Origin: Chlorobiota bacterium
Lineage (GTDB): Bacteria > Bacteroidota > Ignavibacteria > Kapaibacteriales > UBA2268
Assembly (NCBI GenBank): GCA_041596515.1
Contig: JBFHIJ010000003.1
Location: 82,945-146,944 of the forward strand
Length of the DNA stretch: 64,000 nucleotides
Direction: 5' to 3'
Shown here in pieces: positions 10,266 through 19,925 of this stretch (position 1 is the first letter of the stretch; every line of letters starts with the position of its first letter). The notes beneath the pieces were generated by a model. It was not told the DNA's origin. It did no database searches and saw nothing but the letters and a program-made list of their open reading frames with translations. A program made the translations under genes and the position numbers.

Positions 10266-10410
10266 TAGTGAATTATGCTGATTTAGAATTGAGTTTAAGC
10301 TTATAAGTAGATTGAGTATTGAGATGAAAAAAATAAAAGACCGAATTTATCAAGGGTGTGTTTTTTCAAATGGTATGCGTAAAAACTAAATTCGGTCTTT
10401 ATTTAAACGT

Positions 10411-10746
10411 TTAATTTCCGGATTTGACCTTTAGCATCTTGGTGGCTCCTGAGTCAAATTCTATATATGCCGAGAGAAGACTTTCCTTGTCAGCTTCAAT
10501 TTTAATTTCTATAGAGTCAAGCTTTGTAGGAGCATCAAATCTTTGAGCTTTAATCAAGTTACCTTGATTATCAAAAAGCATAACAGAATTTGCTTTCTGC
10601 TCTTTGGCATTTTCAAAAACTACTTTTTCTGCATTCTTTGCTCTAGCGTATAATTCAACTTGAATTTTGCTATCTGTGGCTTCGCTTGCAAAAGTCAATA
10701 CTGCAGACAAGAAGAATGTCACAATCAATGATATATATACTTTCAT
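10411..10746 (-). CDS. hypothetical secreted protein
   Basis: Signal peptide MKVYISLIVTFFLSAVLTFA|SE. No motif recognised. A long-loop hairpin (AAAGACCGAATTT/AAATTCGGTCTTT, 10335-10400) plus a T-run lies downstream on the minus strand. Confidence 0.5.
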   Translation of the reverse strand: MKVYISLIVTFFLSAVLTFASEATDSKIQVELYARAKNAEKVVFENAKEQKANSVMLFDNQGNLIKAQRFDAPTKLDSIEIKIEADKESLLSAYIEFDSGATKMLKVKSGN

Positions 10747-11086
10747 AGCTCTTTTACAAATTTGATTTTAAATTTCAAAACAAATATATAAAGCTTTTTA
10801 TAATAAACCAATTTCTAAATGTTCTAACCGCATTATTGCAAAAGCACTTAACATTATCTTAACACAAGTTTTCTTAACAATTGGCGATTACGGTAATTAT
10901 TGGCATTATGCTAAAGATTTAGACAGAACCGCAGTCTAAATATAAATTTTCAACAAATTTTTATACTCTGCACAGCTTTGTTGTAAAACCACAATCAAAT
11001 TTCTTGCGAGACTTCTTTAATTTCATATTGACTTCTTTGCGGTGCAACTAAAAATATGAGTTAGTAAATTATAGTTTGATTCTACT

Positions 11087-11134
11087 AAAAAAGGAATGTA
11101 TTTTTGATGTTAAATACATTCCTTATTTCTATTT
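11087..11134. terminator. strong bidirectional hairpin terminator in a gene-less region
   Basis: 13-bp perfect stem AAGGAATGTATTT / AAATACATTCCTT with an 8-nt loop. A-run upstream and ATTTCTATTT downstream. Confidence 0.7.
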
Positions 11135-11189
11135 GCCTGGGTGTTATGCTTGTTCTTTAAATCCCCCACACACACATTGTGTGCTATAG

Positions 11190-11276
11190 TTATAGGTGGG
11201 TAACTACTTGAGTTACTACTAGGGCAATCAGCCCCATACCTATTAGTATTTTTACTTTTAATCTGTGCAATGTCAT
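11190..11276 (-). CDS. candidate small hydrophobic peptide (28 aa)
   Basis: AGGAG lies 8 nt upstream of the ATG (11274-11276). It encodes MTLHRLKVKILIGMGLIALVVTQVVTHL (one TM-like helix). The hairpin terminator at 11087-11134 lies downstream. The ORF is below the ORF-track size cutoff. Confidence 0.25.
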   Translation of the reverse strand: MTLHRLKVKILIGMGLIALVVTQVVTHL

Positions 11277-11642
11277 ATAAAATACTCCTAAGAATCTCTG
11301 ACATGTACAAAAAATGGATTTCCTTTACGCTCTTATATTAATATACTCGCTTTCGTTGAATTTGTTGCAAAATATAATCCAAAATAATTATATACTATTA
11401 CTTGACTAATTATGGACTAATAACTATTATCAATAAAAGCCAACGCAGGTTTCAATTATCATAAAAGATTAAGATATTTCAAATAATATAGAATTATATG
11501 CAGTGTAATTCTACTATTTTAATAGAAATTGCAGTGTTTTGCAGTTAGTTTTGCAACTATAATATTCTTGTTACGTTTTAAGTAAATGCCCAATTATTGC
11601 TTATCTTAATGATGATTGTTTTTGTTCACATTTATTTGTATA

Positions 11643-12554
11643 ATGATAATGTATAATCTTACTGCTATAAATATAAAAGACCTGAAGACTGAAATGCTTC
11701 ATAACTTAAAATATCCCAATACAGAGGAAGGATTTAATCAATACAGATTAGATTCGTTAGACTCTCTGTGGGTAAAGTATCAGGAACGACTTAGCAACTG
11801 CAGAAAGGAGTCGTCTGAGGGTAATGTACATAAATTTAGAATCAGTAATCGCAGGTTTTTAGCTTCAGTTGACATGATTAGTACTATTTATACATCTAAG
11901 TATTTGGAAGAATTACGAAAATTGTTAAAACTGCAACTTAAAATATTTTCTAATCTTCGAGACACTCAGGTGATGATTAACTCTATAACTAAGATTAGAA
12001 AAAACTATTCAGTTTTTGATTTTTTCTATTATGAGCTACTTGCTTGGGAGCAATCTTATATAAAAAAAATAGAAAAGAAGATAAAAAGAGTGAGTAAAAA
12101 AGAGATAGAAGCTCTTATCTTCTTTATAAGAATGGATTTAGATGCTACTTTTACTAAAGATAGTGCTACTTTTGAAGAAGCCATTCAAGTAATAAGTGAT
12201 GTGTTTGCTGACTTACAGATAAAATTGCAATCTGTGGATAGTGCAATCCCACAAACAATTCATGATGTTCGATTGCAGTTTAAAAAATTTAGATATATGG
12301 TAGAAGCATTTGTGGTAGCCAATGATTTGCCTGAAGATTATATTAAATCTTTAGCTGACTACCAGTCCTTAATGGGCGAAGTGCAAGATGCGGAAGTCCT
12401 CATTAGTCGCTTCAGGGAGTATGTTTATGCTCAGGATAATCCGGGAGACATTGTTTGGATCAATGCAATTAAAGTACTGGAAGAGCGACTAACTGAAAAA
12501 ATTCGTAATTTTATGGAACACAAAGATAGATTAAATACTTTTTGGAATCTATAA
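11643..12554 (+). CDS. CHAD domain-containing protein
   Basis: All-helical composition with two CHAD-like histidine/basic motifs, VHKFRISNRRF and IHDVRLQFKKFRY. Start is uncertain (TTG 11616, ATG 11643 or 11649). Confidence 0.6.
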   Translation: MIMYNLTAINIKDLKTEMLHNLKYPNTEEGFNQYRLDSLDSLWVKYQERLSNCRKESSEGNVHKFRISNRRFLASVDMISTIYTSKYLEELRKLLKLQLKIFSNLRDTQVMINSITKIRKNYSVFDFFYYELLAWEQSYIKKIEKKIKRVSKKEIEALIFFIRMDLDATFTKDSATFEEAIQVISDVFADLQIKLQSVDSAIPQTIHDVRLQFKKFRYMVEAFVVANDLPEDYIKSLADYQSLMGEVQDAEVLISRFREYVYAQDNPGDIVWINAIKVLEERLTEKIRNFMEHKDRLNTFWNL

Positions 12555-12555
12555 A

Positions 12556-14337
12556 TTGCTACCCTTTTTTGATATTAAAAAAACCGAAACTATAAAACGA
12601 TGGTTAGATCGCTTTCTGATTTTCCTAAGTTTGTTAGCCATTATTTCGCTATTGCTTATTCTGGGTTATCGACTTTCAGCGTTTTGGTTTGATTTAATTG
12701 TTTATGCAACAGATGCCATTGTGGTTCTATTTGCTGCACAGGAGATATTCCGTTGGTTTTTAGTAAAAGCCCATAAGAAGTATTTGCGAGAGCGGTGGAT
12801 AGAGAACTTCTTTACTTTACTAATTATATTGGGTACTGTATTTCCTCAAGAGATATTCTTTTTTTTGGAATTCCTTTTTCCTGATTTTGACCCAAAGAAG
12901 ATTACTATACTCTATTTAGCCACATTTGAGCTAAGTGTAATTTTAGTCTCTATTCTAAAAGTGCTACGCTACAATCACCTTGTATCGCGTTTAAAACTCC
13001 ATCCAGGGTCGCTATTTGCACTTAGTTTTCTTATAGTTATTGTGATGGGAACTATATTATTGTTACTTCCTAAAGCAACATTGCCGGGGCATTCTTTAAA
13101 TTTTACTGATGCACTATTTACGTCTACCAGTGCGGTTTGCGTTACAGGTCTTTCTACGATTGTAGTCCCCGATACTCTTTCTACATTTGGCAAAGGTATA
13201 CTTTTCTTCTTGATTCAGGTTGGTGGGTTAGGCGTGATGACTTTGACCACATTTTTTGCTGCATTATTTGCCGGCGGACTTTCTTTTCGTTTTAGAGTAA
13301 TGATGCGTGATATGCTTAGCCAGGAGAACATAAGTCAAGTATGGTCTATCTTATCAAAAATTATCATATTCACTGCCATATTTGAAATTGCAGGAGCTTT
13401 GTTTTTATATTGGTCGCTGGGTGGCACATTTGCCGAATTTGATAGAACTATATTCTATGATTGTGTGTTCCATAGCGTTTCAGCTTTTTGTAATGCGGGC
13501 TTTTCTCTTTATCCATCGGGTTTGATGCAGGGAAATGTTGCCAATAACTATTCTTATTTAAGCACTATCATGATATTGATTGTTGCCGGAGGATTGGGAT
13601 TCGGTGTATTTGCAAATTTTGTAATGCAAAAACCATGGATTCGTCGCACAAAAAGGAATGGGCTAAGGTTCTCAATGCAAACAAGAATAGTAATTGTTAC
13701 TACAATTATTCTGATTGTTATAGGTATGATTTTGATATACCTTTCTGATAGTATGGGGTCTTTAAAGAATTTATCTGAGTTAGAGAAGATTTTTCAGGCA
13801 TTGTTTTGGTCGGTTACAGCAAGGACTGCCGGCTTTAATGCTATGGATACTTCCACTATCGCTCCAGCAGCAATGATGATAATAATTATTCTTATGTGGA
13901 TTGGTGCATCTCCGGGCTCTACAGGGGGTGGTATTAAGACCACAACCCTTGCGATAACTTTTTTAGCATTGATTAATCAAATTCGTGGGAATGAAAAAAT
14001 CAGAGTTTTTAAAAGAGAAGTTGCTCCGGAGAGTATAAAGCGTGCATTTTTGGTTATTATTTCTTCGTTGCTGGCTTTAGGGATTGGTTCTACTGCTTTA
14101 GTGTGGGCAGAGTCAGGCAAGGATACGATGGCTTTAATCTTTGAAGCTACATCTGCGATTAGCACAGTAGGTCTAAGTAGAGGAGTGACTCCGGATTTAT
14201 CTTTTACAGGAAAATATATTATTATTATGCTTATGTTTATAGGTAGAATTGGTGTGCTGGCATTTCTATTATCATTTCACAATCCCGGCGAATCGCCTAA
14301 ATATAATCTTCCAACAGAAAATATAATTGTAGGATAA
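12556..14337 (+). CDS. TrkH/KtrB-family K+ transporter with extra N-terminal TM region
   Basis: Four pore-loop-like segments TSAVCVTGLS, SAFCNAGFS, ARTAGFN, ISTVGLS (the MPM repeats of TrkH/KtrB). TTG start lies immediately after the CHAD gene stop. About 110 aa longer than the trkH at 43043. Confidence 0.8.
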   Translation: MLPFFDIKKTETIKRWLDRFLIFLSLLAIISLLLILGYRLSAFWFDLIVYATDAIVVLFAAQEIFRWFLVKAHKKYLRERWIENFFTLLIILGTVFPQEIFFFLEFLFPDFDPKKITILYLATFELSVILVSILKVLRYNHLVSRLKLHPGSLFALSFLIVIVMGTILLLLPKATLPGHSLNFTDALFTSTSAVCVTGLSTIVVPDTLSTFGKGILFFLIQVGGLGVMTLTTFFAALFAGGLSFRFRVMMRDMLSQENISQVWSILSKIIIFTAIFEIAGALFLYWSLGGTFAEFDRTIFYDCVFHSVSAFCNAGFSLYPSGLMQGNVANNYSYLSTIMILIVAGGLGFGVFANFVMQKPWIRRTKRNGLRFSMQTRIVIVTTIILIVIGMILIYLSDSMGSLKNLSELEKIFQALFWSVTARTAGFNAMDTSTIAPAAMMIIIILMWIGASPGSTGGGIKTTTLAITFLALINQIRGNEKIRVFKREVAPESIKRAFLVIISSLLALGIGSTALVWAESGKDTMALIFEATSAISTVGLSRGVTPDLSFTGKYIIIMLMFIGRIGVLAFLLSFHNPGESPKYNLPTENIIVG

Positions 14338-14341
14338 AAAT

Positions 14342-15028
14342 ATGTCTGTTAAAAAATTCTGTATTATTGGACTTGGATACTTTGGTGCTAATTTAGCTTT
14401 AGACCTTACTGACGAAGGTGCTGAAGTAATCGCGATAGATATAGATGTAGATAAAGTGGCACCCCTGAAAGATAAGGTTACTATGGCGGTGCAAGCGGAT
14501 GCGATGGACGTAAAAGCCTTGACCAGCTTGGGCATTGAAGATATGGATGCCGTAATAGTTGCGATTGGTGAAGGATTTGAAAGTAGCATTACTACCACTG
14601 CAGTATTGCAGGAGATAGGAGTTAAAAAGATAATAAATCGTGTCATTTCTCCTGTACATGAACGCTTACTTAAGCTGATGGGTATCAAAGAGCTGATAGT
14701 GCCGGAAGCTTACGCTGCCAGCAAAATGGCAGAACGCCTCATGATACCTGGGCTCATCGAATCTTTTGAGATTACTAAAGAGTATGGAATATTTGAAGTG
14801 GAAGTTCCTAACTTTCTGATTGGAAAGTCCTTAACCGAAGTCGAGCTAAGGCAAAAATATGACCTAAACCTTGTAACCGTAAAAAGAAAAGCAATATCAA
14901 AAGGTATATTTTCTTCAAAGGAAGAATATATTGTTACTGGCGTACCGGAGCCAACTCTTATATTTGCAGACAATGATATATTAGTTCTCTTCGGAAAAGA
15001 AAAGAATTTTATTAAATTGCTTGATTAG
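14342..15028 (+). CDS. TrkA/KtrA-type RCK subunit (NAD-binding N domain + TrkA_C)
   Basis: IIGLGYFGANLA Rossmann motif. 228-aa KtrA-like length. Starts 4 nt after the transporter stop. Confidence 0.85.
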   Translation: MSVKKFCIIGLGYFGANLALDLTDEGAEVIAIDIDVDKVAPLKDKVTMAVQADAMDVKALTSLGIEDMDAVIVAIGEGFESSITTTAVLQEIGVKKIINRVISPVHERLLKLMGIKELIVPEAYAASKMAERLMIPGLIESFEITKEYGIFEVEVPNFLIGKSLTEVELRQKYDLNLVTVKRKAISKGIFSSKEEYIVTGVPEPTLIFADNDILVLFGKEKNFIKLLD

Positions 15029-15138
15029 GATTTCAACATAATACTATTGCTTAAATAGATTATAAATCTAAGTAATGTTTTAAGTAGAACTTAGTGCTAA
15101 TTTATCATTTTATTCAACGTTAAACATGCAAAAATGCT

Positions 15139-16932
15139 ATGAAGCTTATAGTTATATATATTAGTCTCTGCTTATCTATTATATCTACTACACTTGCTAA
15201 TCAGTGGTCAGTGCTGAGAAATATTACCGAACTGAATTCTGGAAGTGCCGAGTTGGCTCCTGCATTTAATATATACGAGAATAAGCTTTACTTCAATTCT
15301 GACAGGCTTAAAACTTCTTATTACTATATTTCAGACTTATTACAGGATTCCACTTTCAGTAAGCCGGACTTGCTTGATGGAGATATTAACCAAAAAAGAG
15401 ATAACAGAGCTTATATTTCGTTTTATGCAATGGACGAAGCTTACGTATCAGTTTTTAAACAAACGGCTACCTATCCTGTAATGAATATACATAAGGCTCT
15501 GAAACGTAAGCAACAATGGCAAAAACCCTACCTTTTGGATAGCCTTCAGTCAGATGTATTTACTGCTCAGGCGACTGTTTCGCCGGATAAATCTTTTCTG
15601 ATTTTTGTTAGTAATAGATTATCTAATTACTCTGATACTGATTTGTGGATTGCATTCCGTCAGTCAAATGATACTTGGGGAAATGCTATGCCACTTGAAG
15701 AACTTAACTCTTCGGGTAACGAAATTACACCATTTCTTGCATCTTCTGACACTTTATATTTTGCATCTAATGGTCAGGCAGGGCAGGGAGGTTATGACCT
15801 GTTTATATCTTTGAGATATGACGCAAAATGGTCTGTTCCTCGCCCGCTTAATGGTTTAAATACTGAGTTTGACGAATCGGACTTTACTATTTTACCCAAT
15901 GATCTTGCTATGTTTGCTTCCAATAGACCTGGCGCCATCGGCAATTTAGATTTATTTCTGGCAGGTAAGATATCAGAAAGTTCTATAAATGGAGAAACAA
16001 ATGTAGAGTACCAAATATCTGCATTAGTAGCTGATATAGAAATATTTAGAAAAGAAGAATACTCAATCTGCTCGTTTTCTTCGAGTTTCACAAAGGAATA
16101 TCTTACAGGTAAGAGTAAAAATAAATTTCAGACGGAATACTGCGACCAAACTTTCAAAATCATTCTTTCGGAAATAAGGCTGTCCGGTTCCGAAGTAGAA
16201 ATACGATGTAGTAAAGACTTTGATGTTCAGTCACTTATCTCAATGATTGAATCCAAACTAAGCTCAAGCATATCTGCAAAAGTAGTATATACTGATGCAG
16301 ATTACATTTCAATAAGCGTATCAAAACAGCAGAATTATTCTCATGTAGAAATTGTAAACAGTAAAACTACTGCAGACCCTCCTATTTTAGAGCTGTTTCT
16401 CAATGCGCGCCCGGAAGACGAGGTGAAGCATTGGAAAGTAGTTGCAACTATTGGTGAGGAGCACGAAACAATATACAACAGTGATAAATATGCCCGCAAA
16501 TTATCATATAATTTAGGCACACAGTTAGATGCCCTATGGGAAGTAGACTCACTAAATATTAAGTTAATTGGATTAGACACTAAGCAACTCCAAGGAAATA
16601 GTGACTATTCCTTTATCCTCAATAAGAAAAAGCTCAGGAATAGAACCTCTATAGAATACCTTGGAAAAATGCACGAAGAATATTTTTTAGATTTGTCAGA
16701 TGTAAACAGCTCATCTAATAAAGAAGTAATTGCCATGATGTTACAAAATTCTTTTCTGACGAAAAGGCTACAAATTATATTTCCTAATGGCAGAGATGTG
16801 GAAGCTGCAAAATTAAAAGGCATTTTGATATCAGAGTTCGGTTTCAAAAAGAAAGACATTTCGATGCAAGAAGGCGACAATAAGCTTGGATTAAACTTCT
16901 TAACCAGAATCCTCGCAGAAAAGAATTTTTAG
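15139..16932 (+). CDS. secreted protein with TolB-like (PD40) beta-propeller repeats, C-terminal half unknown
   Basis: Signal peptide. Repeated ...FVSNR....D(L)W/...LYFASNG..GGYDLF/...FASNRPG..GNLDLF motifs typical of PD40 repeats. Confidence 0.5.
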   Translation: MKLIVIYISLCLSIISTTLANQWSVLRNITELNSGSAELAPAFNIYENKLYFNSDRLKTSYYYISDLLQDSTFSKPDLLDGDINQKRDNRAYISFYAMDEAYVSVFKQTATYPVMNIHKALKRKQQWQKPYLLDSLQSDVFTAQATVSPDKSFLIFVSNRLSNYSDTDLWIAFRQSNDTWGNAMPLEELNSSGNEITPFLASSDTLYFASNGQAGQGGYDLFISLRYDAKWSVPRPLNGLNTEFDESDFTILPNDLAMFASNRPGAIGNLDLFLAGKISESSINGETNVEYQISALVADIEIFRKEEYSICSFSSSFTKEYLTGKSKNKFQTEYCDQTFKIILSEIRLSGSEVEIRCSKDFDVQSLISMIESKLSSSISAKVVYTDADYISISVSKQQNYSHVEIVNSKTTADPPILELFLNARPEDEVKHWKVVATIGEEHETIYNSDKYARKLSYNLGTQLDALWEVDSLNIKLIGLDTKQLQGNSDYSFILNKKKLRNRTSIEYLGKMHEEYFLDLSDVNSSSNKEVIAMMLQNSFLTKRLQIIFPNGRDVEAAKLKGILISEFGFKKKDISMQEGDNKLGLNFLTRILAEKNF

Positions 16933-17170
16933 ATGCCGAACTATGTTTTGAACTTGGATGTTTTTAACTCAGGAACATAAAGCTAACCACAAATAATATA
17001 TGTTTATACTAAATACCTGCTGTAATCTTGGTACAATTGACTATATTTGTAATTCTATTTTTGACGAGATAAAAATAATTTATCCCCAAAAATATGGAAA
17101 AAGTTTTGCAGAATCATTATATCTACTTATATTTGTTTTCTCTATAAAATAGTATTTTGGAGTTAAGGCA

Positions 17171-17350
17171 ATGGCTAAGAAAGATCAGAGAATCCAAGTT
17201 ACGTTGGAATGCACAGAAGCCAAAAAAAATGGCGTTCCTGCATCTAGATATACTACTATGAAAAATAAGCAAAATACTCCGGAACGTATTGAATTAAAAA
17301 AATACAATCCATTTTTGCGTAAGCACACAGTGCATAAAGAAATCAAGTAG
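17171..17350 (+). CDS. rpmG: 50S ribosomal protein L33
   Basis: My own translation gives [59 protein letters not shown]. This closely matches recalled L33 sequences (...TKNKKNTPERLELKKYNP...HKEIK). At 59 aa it is absent from the ORF track. Confidence 0.9.
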   Translation: MAKKDQRIQVTLECTEAKKNGVPASRYTTMKNKQNTPERIELKKYNPFLRKHTVHKEIK

Positions 17351-17377
17351 TTACGGTTTCTCAAAAAAGATTTAAAG

Positions 17378-17415
17378 AGGCAAGCAGATTTTAAAATTCG
17401 CTTGCCTTTTATCAT
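17378..17415 (+). terminator. rho-independent terminator of rpmG
   Basis: AGGCAAGC / GCTTGCCT stem followed by TTTATCATTT. Confidence 0.7.
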
Positions 17416-17531
17416 TTCTATTTGCTTCTCTCGGGTATGACGGCAATGGCTGAAACAAATAATCTGATATAAGATATTTTTTCCTTACATTGCATATCCT
17501 GAATATTTATAACTTAAATGATAAGACATAC

Positions 17532-18794
17532 ATGGATAAATTAGTTATAGAAGGTGGTCATAGACTATCCGGCAGAATAAAAGTTTCAGGTGCAAAAAAT
17601 GGCTCTTTGGCTCTAATGCCTGCAGCTTTACTTGCACCCGGCATATACCATTTGAAAAATACACCTAACTTACGCGATGTGTGGACGATGTCCCGCTTAT
17701 TAGGTTCTTTAGGTGCATTCGCAGAGCTTAACGACGACGAACTCTTTTTGGATACAAGCAAAATAAACAGTGTAGAAGCTCCTTATGAGCATGTAAAGAA
17801 AATGCGTGCTTCGTTTTATGTGTTAGGTCCTTTAGTGGCTCGCTACGGAGAAGCAAGAGTTTCTCTGCCCGGCGGTTGTGCGTGGGGGCCACGTCCTGTG
17901 GATCTGCACTTAAAAGGTTTAGAAAAATTAGGTGCAGAAGTTTCGCTCGAAAAAGGCTATGTGATTGCTAAAGCTAAAAAACTTAAAGGTGCAAAGTTTC
18001 ACTTTGATGTATCAAGTGTAGGAGCTACCGGCAATGTGCTTATGGCGGCAACACTTGCCAGCGGTACAACTGTCCTCTCAAACGCTGCTGCTGAACCTGA
18101 AATAACAGCTTTAGCAAGAATGCTTGTCAAAATGGGAGCAAAAATAGAAGGCATTGGTACAACTGAGCTTATAATCGAAGGTGTAGACGAACTAAGACCG
18201 GTAGATGAAACTACAATCCCGGATAGAATAGAAGCTGCGACTTATCTAATGGCAGCTGCTATGACTGGTGGAAATATCGAGTTAGAAAATGTAAATCCGT
18301 ATCACCTGTCTGCAGTTATTGCGAAACTGGAAGAGTCAGGTTGCGAAATAGATGTAAATAGTGATACAATCAGACTTCAGGCTGGAAAAGAGATTATACC
18401 TGTAGACATTACAACTTCGGTCTATCCTGGCATCCCTACCGATATTCAAGCCCAGTGGACTGCTTATATGCTTATGGCAAAAGGGACTTCCAGAGTTACA
18501 GACACTGTTTATTTTGACCGATTTAAGCATGTACCGGAACTTACTCGCTTAGGTGCCGACATTGAAGTAGTGGATAATACAGCTTTAGTCAAAGGCGGCA
18601 ATAAATTAGAAGGCGCTACAGTTATGTCTTCAGATTTGAGAGCAAGTGCTTCCTTAATCTTAGCCGCTCTTGCTGCTAAAGGTTCTACAGAGGTACTCAG
18701 AGTTTATCACCTTGACAGAGGATATGAGAAGCTAGAAGAGAAGTTGAATTCTGTAGGTGCAAAAATCAGAAGAATACGTACAGAACTTATCTAA
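17532..18794 (+). CDS. murA: UDP-N-acetylglucosamine 1-carboxyvinyltransferase
   Basis: MDKLVIEGGHRLSGRIKVSGAKN N-terminus. Active-site loop LPGGCAWGPRPVDLH. 420 aa counted from ATG 17532. Confidence 0.95.
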   Translation: MDKLVIEGGHRLSGRIKVSGAKNGSLALMPAALLAPGIYHLKNTPNLRDVWTMSRLLGSLGAFAELNDDELFLDTSKINSVEAPYEHVKKMRASFYVLGPLVARYGEARVSLPGGCAWGPRPVDLHLKGLEKLGAEVSLEKGYVIAKAKKLKGAKFHFDVSSVGATGNVLMAATLASGTTVLSNAAAEPEITALARMLVKMGAKIEGIGTTELIIEGVDELRPVDETTIPDRIEAATYLMAAAMTGGNIELENVNPYHLSAVIAKLEESGCEIDVNSDTIRLQAGKEIIPVDITTSVYPGIPTDIQAQWTAYMLMAKGTSRVTDTVYFDRFKHVPELTRLGADIEVVDNTALVKGGNKLEGATVMSSDLRASASLILAALAAKGSTEVLRVYHLDRGYEKLEEKLNSVGAKIRRIRTELI

Positions 18795-18824
18795 CTAGCT
18801 TTTATAAAGCCTATACTTTTAAAA

Positions 18825-18860
18825 AAGAAGATATACCTGAAAATGGTATGTCTTCTTTTC
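18825..18860 (+). terminator. rho-independent terminator of murA
   Basis: AAGAAGATATACC / GGTATGTCTTCTT stem followed by TTC. Confidence 0.7.
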
Positions 18861-18867
18861 GATTTAT

Positions 18868-18957
18868 CCCGGAATTTGTCATTAGAAAACAAGCTTGCTC
18901 CTTGGTTCTACGAGCATTTACAGCATCTAACTGCAAGGCCATGTTAAGGGATTTGGG
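18868..18957 (-). repeat. dispersed repeat family, short rearranged/internally deleted copy
   Basis: Starts CCCGGAATTTGTCATTAG (TIR). Continues CAAGCTTGCTCCTTGGTTCTACGAGCATTTACAGCA, the reverse complement of the family core TGCTGTAAATG..CGTAGAACCAAGGAGCA.GCTT. About half the normal length. Confidence 0.6.
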
Positions 18958-19040
18958 TTTATTGTAATCGGTGTATGGGATTACTTGTAGAAACTGAGTA
19001 TATTTGCAAGAGATATATTAACTTTGGTTAGAGAATATTT

Positions 19041-19925
19041 ATGTTTTATATGATTATTTCATTTTTGCTTTTCTTGGCTATATTGTACGGAACATTTATT
19101 TTGGCATTTAGCAAATCAAAACGTAAAAAAGGGACTATGATGCAGGCAGAGCACAAAACGTTTCTGCAAAATAATGTTGTTTTTTATAACTCTCTTACTG
19201 ACACCGAAAAATTATCTTTTGAATCGCGTGTACAGGATTTTTTAGCAAACTGTAAAGTGACAGGCATAAGCTGTGATATAGATGATACAGATAGGCTTTT
19301 AGTTGCATCCAGTGCGATAATACCTGTCTTTTATTTCCCTGAGTGGCGATATTACAACTTAGAGGAAGTGTTGGTTTATCCAGATAGATTTAATGATAAA
19401 TATGGAGTTGGAGCTGCGGATAGCAACATACTTGGCATGGTTGGAACAGGTGTGATGAACGGCAAAATGATTATTTCAAAAAAATCGCTTCAAGAGGGGT
19501 TCTCTATAGAAAATGACAAAAAAAATACTGCTATACATGAATTTGTCCATCTGATAGACAAGACTGACGGAGCTGTAGACGGGGTGCCAAAAGCACTTCT
19601 ACAAAAGCAATATACAATCCCGTGGTTAGACCTCATTAATCGCAAAATTGAAGAAATATCAACTCATAACTCAGATATTAATCCATACGGTGGTACAAAC
19701 AATGCAGAGTTTTTTTCCGTAGCGTCTGAGTACTTTTTTGAGAGACCTCGCCTGCTCAAAGAAAAACACCCAGAGCTATATACAATGTTAGAAAAAATAT
19801 TTTCAAGCGAAATGAGCAAAAAAGAACTTAAGACCTATCATATAAAGTCTATAGGTAGAAATGACTCATGCCCATGCGGTTCAGGCAAGAAGTATAAAAA
19901 ATGTTGTGGCATCAGGAAAGCATAA
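19041..19925 (+). CDS. M90 (MtfA-like) zinc metallopeptidase with N-terminal TM helix and C-terminal SEC-C motif
   Basis: HEFVHLID (HExxH) in an MtfA-like context (NAEFFSVASEYFFERP). C-terminal CPCGSGKKYKKCCG. Confidence 0.7.
   Translation: MFYMIISFLLFLAILYGTFILAFSKSKRKKGTMMQAEHKTFLQNNVVFYNSLTDTEKLSFESRVQDFLANCKVTGISCDIDDTDRLLVASSAIIPVFYFPEWRYYNLEEVLVYPDRFNDKYGVGAADSNILGMVGTGVMNGKMIISKKSLQEGFSIENDKKNTAIHEFVHLIDKTDGAVDGVPKALLQKQYTIPWLDLINRKIEEISTHNSDINPYGGTNNAEFFSVASEYFFERPRLLKEKHPELYTMLEKIFSSEMSKKELKTYHIKSIGRNDSCPCGSGKKYKKCCGIRKA

Noticed and set aside
11110-11310. 66-aa ORF-track ORF in the gene-less region
   Set aside because: It has no RBS, its stop lies inside the 13-bp terminator stem, and its composition is odd. 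The alternative 28-aa ORF with an SD is reported instead, at low confidence.
17185-17415. 76-aa minus-strand ORF
   Set aside because: It is antisense to the clearly recognisable rpmG (L33) gene and its terminator.
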